Shown here: positions 39,601-50,309 of the stretch, one piece after another | Numbering within the stretch: the stretch's first letter is position 1 | Layout: every line of letters starts with the position of its first letter | NCBI GenBank assembly: GCA_016748015.1 | Contig: JAAOMT010000657.1 | Span: 124,001 to 188,000, forward strand | Origin: Geosiphon pyriformis uo1 | Taxonomy: Eukaryota > Fungi > Glomeromycota | DNA length: 64,000 nucleotides | Direction: 5' to 3' | Notes under the pieces: generated by a model | Seen by the model: the letters and a program-made list of their open reading frames with translations, nothing else | Database searches by the model: none | What the model was told of the DNA's origin: nothing | Translations under genes and position numbers: made by a program

Positions 39601-41022
39601 GTTTTAAATAATAGTTTTTATATCTTACAAAATCAATATAAAACAATTTTTATTGATCATTTTGTTCATGATATACAACTCAAAAAATATTACAAATAAT
39701 CTGATTGGTTATTTGTTGTGATAATACTAATCCAAATAATCAGCAAAAATCCAATATAAATAAATACACTATTTTTAAAACAGAAGTATTTTTAATTGAC
39801 ATAAATAATTATTTTCTGGATCAAAACATTCAAAACATTTTCTATACTTTTTATGAGTATTGGACTAAAAATTATCCAAATACTATTTTGATCATTGAAA
39901 AACAAACAATTATAATTAATAATAACAGAATATATACTGTTATTAAACCAAAGAAAACTATTATCAGAAGAGAAAAAATTGATAGTAATATGAATAGATA
40001 TTTGCTAAAAACATAACAGCAGCAATATTTTTATCTTTTATTACAACTGAAAAAACAATCCAAGAAATTCTGTATATAAACAAAAACTTGTCATATGGAA
40101 AACAACTAAAACTCTATGATTAATTTAGTAAAATTATAAAAAACATAAAGCTTATAAAGAAAACACTTTTTAAAATATAAGCAAAAATTTTGGGCATTAT
40201 ACAAAGATTTGGTTTCTTGAATACTAAACTTATTTTATTTTAAGTATTATATACTTTATTTACAAAAAACTTCAACAAACTAGTTAGTTTTGAGTTAAAT
40301 AAAATCTTTAAAATAGAATATCTCATAAATAGTTTGATTTTACTAGAGCTCAATCTTTTTATAAAAGATAATATTATAATTAAAACTTATAGTTTTTATT
40401 AATTATTACATGTATTAATTACTAATGTCATATAATTAGTCACTTTAATTTTAAATAGTAATTAATAACCTGACTGTTGACCATTTTTAATAGCTATATA
40501 AACAATAAGTCTCTTAACTATAGAAAAACATATACCAATAACATATATTAATAATCAAAAATAAAATAAAATAACAATTATTATCTCAATTTTTTTATAT
40601 TACTTATTTCTTTTTTCTTATCTTTAAGTATTTAAATATCTTAAAATAAAAAATTATTTATTGGCATTTACTTACTTTTTTTTGATTTATATAATTGTAG
40701 TATTTGAAAATTATTAAATAAAATATAACTAAAAAGCATATTTAATATCTAATATCAAATTCTAAAAATGCTAACATAAAACATAAAATTATATCAGTGT
40801 ATTATTATTTATTGACAGTATAAACTATTTCTTTATTTTTAAATTCTTTAATTATCTTTTGAAAAAAATAGCAACCAAGATATTTTATGAAATTAATCTT
40901 ATATATTAAATTCATACTTATTTAATTTGCTTTTTGAATTTGAATTCTCTTTGATCTATTCTATTACTCTATAATTTTGTTTTTTTTTGCTATTTATTGA
41001 CTTATTATTCTAATTTATAACA
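35995..41022 (+). mobile_element. Gy1 copy C' (PR-RT-RH-IN-ORF3-3' LTR 40372-41022), very heavily mutated, 5'-truncated; possibly the remainder of copy C
   Basis: ORF 36048-36494 protease remnant; collinear RT, IN and ORF3 remnants (39286-39573, 39705-40016); LTR ends TATAACA. Confidence 0.88.
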
Positions 41023-41966
41023 ATATCTATAACTATATTTTTTTTAATTTGGCTTTTTATTATCATAAATTTATTAAAAATTTCTCCAAAATTTTTTTTT
41101 TTAAATTAATTATTCAAAAAAATGTTAATTACTATTAAAATACATATTAGCAAAAAGTTTTTGAAATTTTAAAGAAAAAACTGATCATAAAATTCATATT
41201 TAAGTAATTTAATCTAAATTAATCTTTTATTTTTTACATTAATATTGTTACGGTTAAAACCCATAATTTTTATTAGTTATTACATATATTAGCCACTGAT
41301 GTCACATAAGTAGCCACTCTTTTTTTAGATAGTAATCATTGACCTGATCAATGACCTGACCATTGACTTGATCATTGACTTGATCATTGACCACTTTCAA
41401 TAGCTATATAAGCAATGAGTTTCTTAGTTGTAGAAAATCATCTTTTAGACAAGAATCAAATAAATAAAAATAACAACTTTCATCTCAATTACTTTCTTAT
41501 CGCTAATTTTTCTTTTCCTACCTTCAAGTATCCGAACATCTTAGGATAAAAAATTACTTGTTGGCCTTTTCCTGATGTATATAATTGTAACATTTGAAGA
41601 CTATTTGTATAAATGTGACTGAAAAGCACAAGTTGATATCTGATATTGAATTCTAAGAGCACCGACGTAAAGGCATAGAATTAATACCAGCAGTAATCAA
41701 TTGTTGACAGTATGGACTATTCCTCTACCTTCAGATTCCCTTGTTATCTTTTGAAAAGAATAGTGACTGAGATATTTTATGAGACTGATCTCACACATTG
41801 AATCCATACTTATTCAATTCACTCATTGAAGTTGAATCCCCTTTGATTATTTCCATTACCCTACAATTTTGTTCTCCCTTGCTATCCATTAGCTTGTTAT
41901 TCCAACCTGTAACATAAAAGTGGTGCTCCCTGTAAGGTTGTTAAAATCTACTTGTTTCCTTATTGT

Positions 41967-43507
41967 ATGGGTGATTATTCATACCTATGACAACAATCAG
42001 CAGAACACTTTGAAGCACACAACAGAAATGATCTAGACTTTATTAAACTCAATCTTTTGCTATTCTGCTTGATCTGCTTTCCCATTGAATAACAATCCAG
42101 CAGACAATTCCAAGACTTTTGAAACTGGTTCCTAAATGAGCATTCAGCTGAAACCTACACAATTTATACAACCTATTACTTTGATCAAGCTTATTTTGAA
42201 GATAACTTTAAAGAAAAAAACAACAGTATCAATCAGCTCTTATATTCTACAACTTTTAAACAACAGCTCTCTGATTTCGAATATCTGAATCATCAAATCC
42301 ACATTTGGATTGCTGCCCATTAATTAACAGTAACTCCCCTTGAAACAGAAGAAAAAAGCTACCAAACAGCCTCTATTTTTGATTTTTTCTTAAATAAATC
42401 AGAATACTCTACACAAACAGTAACTTCTGAACCAATGGCCCAAAATCCAATACAAGTAAACATCCTGGCCGCCCTCCAAGGCATACAAACTACTTTAAGA
42501 CGAAGAAACAACACCCCACTACCCCTATTCAGAGGTAATGCCCAAGATCCAATTGAATGGTTAGATGATTTTGAAAGAGCAGCCACTGCAAACCAGTATG
42601 ATGATGAATACAAGTTCCAAATCATTGATGACTATCTTTAAGGCTCTCATGCTATCTGGTTTTCACAAGAAACCAATGCTGGTGTTCAACAAAGAATTGT
42701 TAGATGGACCCCAGCAAATATTGGAGAAAACAACACCTCTTTCACTACCCAATTTGAAAACAAATTCAGAACTCCCATCTTAATATCCAAATGGCATATA
42801 GAATTAGAAAGAAGAACCCAAAGTCTTGGTGAAATTGTGACCAAATATGCCAAAGCAATCAGAAAACTCATCAAGCATGTAGACTCTGGTAGAAACTGGA
42901 CTGAAGAGCAAAAGATCCACTCCTTTACAAAAGGATTGAGAACTGATTTATTGTATGCTCTTTGGCCTCTCTTGGCTTTAAAAAATAATCCCACCATAAA
43001 TATGGCCATTGAACTTGCCCAAATAATTGAAGACAATCAAAAAATGCATTTGGGATTTACACTTCCAGTTTTTGCTCCTGTTTCTGTTATGGCTTCTACT
43101 TCTCAAATGGTCACTACTTCTTTTGCTGCCCAGACACAAGATCCAAATAAACAATTAATAGATAGACTTATAGCAAATCTTGTTCGGCTATTAGAATCAT
43201 TAGCCCAAGCAGTCAGAGATAACCAGCAATCACAAAGACCCAGATTTGAAAACCGTTTTAATCAGCCCAGCAACCCTCTTACCAAAGACAGCAAAATTGT
43301 GGCCCTCCTGTATGTTATAGATGTGAATTAACTGAATATTTCTCCAAAAATTACAATAATCCTCTACTGCCTTCTCTAGCTCCCAGAAATAATGACAACC
43401 AAAACAACAACAATGTCTCCAATCAAAGACCCAATCATGCCAACATCAATTTCTTTGGAGAGGATCCCCTAGTTGAAGCCATTGTTTATCAGCCTTTAAA
43501 CTGGTAG
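41967..43507 (+). pseudogene. gag: Gy1 gag (N-terminal extension, capsid domain, CCHC knuckle), copy E
   Basis: LPLFRGNAQDPIEWLDDFERAA..Y, capsid-like TQ..GE.VT.YAKAIRKL, SFTKGLR; ends YQPLNW*; premature stops and a frameshift. Confidence 0.9.
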
Positions 43508-43525
43508 GCACACCTCCAAAAGGTG
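43495..43525 (+). promoter_or_regulatory. Putative -1 programmed ribosomal frameshift signal (U_UUA_AAC + downstream hairpin) at the gag/pol junction
   Basis: gag frame CCT TTA AAC TGG TAG; -1 frame continues LVGTPPKGE..KKKKAKIDF into pol; CACCT/AGGTG stem 9 nt downstream; heptamer also at 14804 and 30299. Confidence 0.8.
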
Positions 43526-46500
43526 AGAATATAAGCCAACCAGAAGAAAATCCCTTTTACGCTTTTAACTTAACTGATGATGACCATGACATAGATGAAC
43601 TAGCAATCAACATCTCAAAACCAACCAGAAAGAAGAAAAAAGCCAAGATTGATTTCGTTTTAGACCCCAACAAAGCCTCAACTTCTGCCGCTGATAACAA
43701 TGAGCCACTAAAAGCTAAAGTTTTTAAGAATCCTTCAAAGTTGGAACCCCCAGAAATTGTACAAAAATCTGGACCCTATTCTGTTGTTAAAGATCTCATG
43801 GAAACCCCAACACATATTACCTTTAGCCAGTTCACAGTTCAGAAAGGATCTTTGCAAATTCTTGATTCCAAAGAAGAAGACATCAAAAACCAACAAACGT
43901 TCTTGCCAAGTTAGACTTGTTGACAACAGCAATGTCACTCCTCTGATTTGTAAAGCCCAAGTGGCTGAATACTTCATTGACTTAATTCTGGACAGTGGAT
44001 CATCTGTTAGTGTCATTGCCAAACACTTCTTGGAAGCAATTGGTAGAAAGATTGATGAACCTTCCATCAGACCAATGACCAACATACATGGTGACAAAAA
44101 GAAAGGACTGAGTATTGCCAAAGCTGTTTCTGTTCGCATCAATGGAATTAGCATTGAAACTGACATGGAAGTTTCTGAAGTCAAAGAATACACCATCATT
44201 GTTGGCAATGAATGGCTCAAGAAAGCAAAAGCTTTGCTTAATTATGAACTTTGTAAATTAACCATCAGATGTGGTAAAAAATCCATTGTGGTTAAGTGTT
44301 ACCATTGGACAACTCCCCCAGTACTCAAACAAAACCAAGAAGAAAAACAATCAGATGAATCAGATGATGAAGAGAGCAATGAAGAAGAAGAACAAAAAGA
44401 GCAAAAAGAAACTGCTGAACTCGCCTATACCACCTTCACCAGCAATGGCAAACCACTGGACAATATTAAAGCAGACAAAGAAGGAATTATTGTAAATGAC
44501 AAGCTAATCTGCTGGCCTTATTATGATATTCTTAGAAAAACCTTTGAAAGAAAACCTGACAAGAAGACCAAATACAGTTTTTGGTGGCATGGTCCTTGTG
44601 CTCAGTGTTGGTGCAACAAACCCTTGTATTCTCCAAGTGATAAATGCAAATCATGCCTGATCTATTACAGAGATTGTGAACCAATTAGTTTGATATTTAG
44701 AGAAGAATTAAAAGAAGTACAGAAGTCTTTTAAAAATGAACCACTTGAGATTCAATTACTGGTTGTAGAACAAAAAGAACCCTCCCCAGAAAAAAGAAAA
44801 ATAGACATTGAAAATTTGCTGGCTAGAAATATCCCAGTTATCTCCAAAAAAGATGATATCCCTGGACGTACCCATGTGATACAACACACCATCACCACCA
44901 GAGAAACTTGACCTATCTATTTGAAGCCTTATTAATCCAATTAGCACAATGATGAATTTATCAAGAAAGAGATAAACTGAATGAAAGAACTTGGATTCAT
45001 ACAAGAAACCAAGAATGAATGGGCTTTCCCAGTTCTAGTAGTATCTAAGAAAGATAGAACACTACACTTCTGTGTCAACTATTGCCAATTAAATGCCATC
45101 ACTAAAAGAGACATGTACCCACTTTCCAAGATTGATGGAATGTTAGACCAATTCAAAGATGCTGCTTTCTTTTCAACCATTGACTTAACTGCTAGATTCT
45201 GGCAAGTAGAAATGGATTCAGAAAGCAGAAAAAAAACTGCTTTCATTACCAAGTATGGCACCTATGAATTCACAGTCATGCCTTTTGGTCTCACCAACAC
45301 CCCTTCCATCTTTCAACGCTTAATGGATAAAATATTTGAATCAGTTAAGAAAAACTTTGTTCTAGTTTATTTGGATGACATAATAGTATACTCAAAAACC
45401 TGGGATGAACACCTGGAACATTTGCAAAAGGTTTTTGACCTTCTCAGAAATGCTGGCCTTAAAATCAACCCAATCAAATCTTTCTTTGGAAGACAATCCA
45501 CCCAGTTCCTTGGTCATTTTATCACAAAAAATGGAATCTTTTCTGACCCAACCAAAGTTGAAAAAGTCCAAAACATCAAACAACCAATGAACATTCATGA
45601 ACTACACTCTTTTCTTGATTTGGCCTCTTATTATCGCAAATTTGTCAAGGATTTCTCCAAAATTGCCTCACCTCTCAATTAGCCACTCAAGAAAAATGTC
45701 AATTACCATTGGAGAACACATCAGCAAAAAGCCTTTGAAACTTTAAAGAAAAAACTGGTTACAGAACCCATCCTCAAGCAACCTGATCTAGATCAACTCT
45801 TTATTCTCCACACTGATACATCTGGCTTTGGACTTGGTGCTGTTCTCTTCCAGAAAGATGAAGATGGCAAAGAACATCCATAGCCTATGTCAGTAGAATC
45901 TTTTCCCCAGCAGAACAGAACTATTCAGTCACTAAACAAAAATGCTTAGCAGTAGTATGATCTACCAGTTATTGGAGTAAGTATCTTCTTGGTGTGAAGT
46001 TTTTGGTGTTAACAAATCACCAAGCTTTGGTTTGACTGCACAACAAAAAGAGACTAAAACACAAACAGATAACTCACTGAATACTCCACTTGGATGAATT
46101 TGACTATGATATTCAACATTACAAAGGAGCTAATCATCAAAACGCCAATGCTTTCTCCAGACTTACCATTTAGTGACAGAACAACCCTCTCAAACCAAAC
46201 CAACTTAATTATTAGTAATTCCTTCTTTTTGACAAACACAATAATGGACTTGGACAACTACTCTGCCTTAATGAAATTTTTGGGTAAAGGACAATACTCA
46301 CTGAAATACACATGACAACAAAGAGAATATTTGCGCAAACAATCAAATTTCTATTTAATTTACCAGAACCAACTTTATAAAAGAAATAGAAAAGATTCTG
46401 ACCACCCCCAAAGAGTCATCAAATTTGAAGAAAAAAAAATTGTGATCTACAATATGCACACTGATTCATTAGCTGGACACTTTGAAAAAACAAAAACAAT

Positions 46501-47554
46501 TCAAAAAACTCTAGCTTACTATTATTGGCTTACCTTGGGAAAAGACATTGCTAAATACATCAAAACCTGTGATATCTGCCAAAGAAGAGGAAAACCCAAT
46601 TGCAAAGAAGATATCCATCCAATCTCTGTTGGTCAACCCTTTGACAGAATTGATATAGATGTTGTTGGACCTTTAACAATAACTCCTGATAGCAACAGAT
46701 ACATTATCACAGCTACTGACTATCTTACAAAGTGGATAGAAGCAAGAGCCACTCCAGACCAAACAGCAGTCTCAATAACCAATTTCATTTATGAAAATAT
46801 TATTTGTTACCATGGCTGCCCCAAAGAACTTTTATCTGACAAAGGAAGAGCTTTTCTCAGTATACTTGTTGAAAAACTTTGCAGAAAAATGAGAATACAT
46901 TACAAACTTTCTTTTTCTTATCACCCCCAAACAAATGGCCTAGTGAAACGTTTTAATAGAACACTATGTGAAACCCTAGCCAAAACCAGCAAAGAAACAA
47001 ACTTATGAGACAAAGTACTGCCTTCAGCCTTGTTTGCCTATAAAACTGTAAATTATGACATAATAAGTTATGAACTCTTTTATCTACTCTATGAACGAAT
47101 GGCAACCCTACCAATAGAAACTGACATTGAGACAATACCTTTTGAACAAATAACAATAGGAAATTACAAAAACATTTTGCAAAGAAAACTTGGTACTATT
47201 CTTGATTCATTAGTAGAAGCACGGATAATTGCCTTTAAAAAGATAAAACAATTCCAAGAGAAGCTTAAGAAAAAAACATATAAAACACTTTCCTTAAGTG
47301 TTGGTGACTTAGTTTTAGAATATCATTCAGACAAAGACAATGTCTATGGTAATAAATTCTTTAGCCAGTGGAAAGAACCCTTTATAGTCAACAAAGTTTT
47401 GAACAATGGTTCTTATATCTTACAAGATCAATATAGAACAATCTTCAATGATTACCCTGTTCATGGCACATGACTCAAGAAATATCACAAACAACCTGAT
47501 TGGTTACCTGTTGTGATAATACTGACCCAAATAATCAACAAAAATCAGATATAA
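43501..47554 (+). pseudogene. pol: Gy1 pol: aspartic protease - Cys-rich spacer - RT - RNase H - integrase (no chromodomain seen), copy E
   Basis: DSG at 43991; MPFGLTN, YLDD 45368-45379; HTDTSGFGLGAVL; H-H-C-C and D-D-(E) integrase; Ty3/Gypsy domain order; multiple stops and frameshifts. Confidence 0.95.
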
Positions 47555-47595
47555 ATAAATGCACTATTCTCAAAACAGAAGTATCTTCAATTGAC

Positions 47596-48252
47596 ATGAA
47601 CAATTATTTTCTAGATCAAAACATTCAAAATGCTTTCTACACTCTCCATAAGTACTGGATCAAAAATTATCCAAATGCTATTCTGACCATTGGAAAACAA
47701 ACCACCATAACTGATAACAGTGGAACACATACTGTTATTAGACCAAAGAAAACCACTACCAGAAGAGAAAGAATTGGTAGCAAAATGGATAAGTATTTGT
47801 TGGAAAACATAACAGCAGCAATACTTACACCTTCCATGACAATTGGAAAAATGATTAAGGAAATCTTGCCCATAGACAAAAACTTGTCATATGGAAAACA
47901 ACTAAAACTCTATGGTCGTCTTGGTGAAATCATAAAAGAAATGAAGCTCATGAAGAAAACAACTTCAGAGATACAAGTGGAAATTTTGGGCATTATATAT
48001 TTAGATGTCCCAAGAGTTTTGACCATTGCAAGAAGAGCCAAAACTCTTATACAAAAATTTGGTTTCTTAGATACAAAGCTTATTTTGCCTCAAGTATTAT
48101 ACACTCTATCCACAAAAAACTTTAACAAACTAGTTAGTTTTGAGTTAGACAAAACCCTTCAATTAGAATACTCTATAAATAGCTTGATTTTGCTGAAGCT
48201 CAATTTCTTTGAAAAAGATAATGTTATGGTTGAAACCCATAATTTTTATTAG
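47596..48252 (+). CDS. Gy1 ORF3, ~218-aa protein of unknown function between integrase and the 3' LTR
   Basis: Frame open from 47500 to 48252 (first ATG 47596); homologous frames in copies A (1760-2227), B (18970-19563), D and C'; crosses the PPT and stops ~30 nt inside the LTR. Confidence 0.7.
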   Translation: MNNYFLDQNIQNAFYTLHKYWIKNYPNAILTIGKQTTITDNSGTHTVIRPKKTTTRRERIGSKMDKYLLENITAAILTPSMTIGKMIKEILPIDKNLSYGKQLKLYGRLGEIIKEMKLMKKTTSEIQVEILGIIYLDVPRVLTIARRAKTLIQKFGFLDTKLILPQVLYTLSTKNFNKLVSFELDKTLQLEYSINSLILLKLNFFEKDNVMVETHNFY

Positions 48253-50309
48253 TTATCACATGTATTAGCCACTGATGTCACATAAGTAACCATTCTATTT
48301 TTAGATAATGATCATTGACCTAATCAATGACTTGTCTGTTGACCTGATCATTGATCTGATCAATGACCTGATTGTTGACCTGATTATTGACCTGATCATT
48401 AACCTAGTCATTGACTTGGTCGTTGACCACTTTCAATAGCTATATAAGCGATGAGTCTATTAGCTGTAGAAAATCATCTCTCAGACAAAAATCAAATAAA
48501 TAAAAATAACAACTTTCATCTTAATTACTCTCTTATCACTAATTTTTTTTTCCTACCTTCAAGTATCCAAACATCTTAGGATAAAAGATTACTTGTTGGT
48601 CTTTTCTTATTTGAATAATTGTAGTATTTGAAAACTATTTGTATAAACGTGACTGAAGAACACAAGTTGATACCTGATATTGAATTCTAAGAGTGCTGAT
48701 GTGAAGGCATAGAATTAATACCAGTGGTAATCAATTGTTGACAGTACAGACTATCTCTCTATCTTCAAATTCTCTTGTTACTTTTTAAAAAGAATAGCAA
48801 CTAAGATATTTTATGAAACTGATCTCGCACATTGAATCCATACTCATTCAATTTGCTTATTGAAGTTGAATCCTCTTTGATTATTTCTATTACCCTACAA
48901 TCCTGTTCTCCTTTGCTATCTATTAGCTTGTTATTCCAACCCATAACAATATATCTGATTTTAAACTTAATACTGTTTTTTTTCAAAAAAATAAAAATAA
49001 CAAAAACATATAATAATTTATATTAATAAATCTTTTTTTAATAGAATAGAATACTTAATAATAGTTTAGTTTATTAATTATTAATACAAGTATTTTGACT
49101 ATACAACAAAAAAAATTAGAACATAAATAATTTACTTATTAAATACTTTATTTAGATAAATCTAATAATATTATAAAAAAGCTAATTATTAAAATATTAA
49201 TATTTTTTTTAAACTTATTACCAAATAATAATACAATTATCAATATCAAAATCAACTTAATTATTAGTATGTTTGTTTTAACCAAACATAATAAAAAATT
49301 TGAACAATTATTTTGTATTAACAAAATTTTTGAATAAAAAACAATATTTATTAAATTATATTTAACAACAAAAAAAACATTTGCAAAAACAATTAAATTT
49401 TTATTTGATTTATTAGAATTAATTATATAAAAAAAATAAGAAATTTTTGATTACTTAAAAAAATTATAAAATTTGTAAAAAAAATTATATATATACTAAT
49501 TTATTAACTAAAAACTTTAAAAAATTTAAAAAACTTTAACTTGCTATTATTATTTTATTTTAAAAAAATATTATTAAGTATATTAAAACTTGTAATATTT
49601 ATTAAAAAAAAACTCTTTCAATAAAAAAAAATATTTATTCAAACTTAGGTATCCAATTATTTAATAAAATTAATATTAATATTGTTAAATTTTTAACAAT
49701 AATTTTTAATAATAACATATACATAAAAGCAAAAGTTATTTTTAATTAAACAGTAATTTTTATTGTCATTTTTATTTATAAAAATATTATATATTATTAT
49801 AACTGTTTTAAAAAAAATTTATTTAATAAAAAAAAAGCTCTTTGTCTTTTTAATTTTATGACCACAACCAGAGTAAAAAGTAAAAAAGCTGTATCTGATA
49901 TTTTTTCTAAGATATCTAATAAAATTTTAACCAGAAAAGCTCTTTTTGTGGTAGAAGCAACTAGGCAGAACGTTTTAGAAGTCTTTTCTTTACTTAGTAA
50001 TTGTAAAAAGCTGTCTTTGTAAGCTACTAAAGCAACTTCTTTATCTTTGGCTGGTTTTTCACTAATTAAAGTTCTCTCAAAAAGACACACTTAGGTTAGT
50101 TCTAGTGTTGCCTCTATTTCTACTATGATGCAAACCATTTATAATTATCAAAAATATAGATCAGTCCGAAATTTTAAATGATGATTTTCATGTGTTTTTA
50201 TTTATATAATTAAATTTTATTGGTTAATATACATGTGTTTTTAATATATTATTTATAATAAAAAATAAAATTTTATTAAATTTTATATAATATAAAACCA
50301 AATACAATA

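Larger units (their letters stand above)
41246..48948 (+). mobile_element. Gy1 copy E, full-length and best preserved (LTRs 41246-41914 and 48222-48948)
   Basis: TSD ATAT at 41242-41245 and 48949-48952; PBS 41921-41939; gag, protease LILDSGS, RT YLDD, RNase H, integrase, ORF3. Confidence 0.97.

Noticed and set aside
22445-41026. Copies C and C' as one element with a TSD
   Set aside because: Flanks differ (CAAG vs ATAT), the flanking Gy1 remnants are in opposite orientations and mutation loads differ; the join is unproven.
47500-48252. ORF3 as an env gene or chromodomain
   Set aside because: No signal peptide, transmembrane segment or furin-like site apparent; no chromodomain aromatic-cage pattern at the integrase end.
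48801-48986. Antisense ORF in the LTR (..SKGEQDCRVIEII..; also 27676-27885, 13723-13920)
   Set aside because: The frame is broken by indels and stops at different places in different LTR copies; no conserved start or stop.
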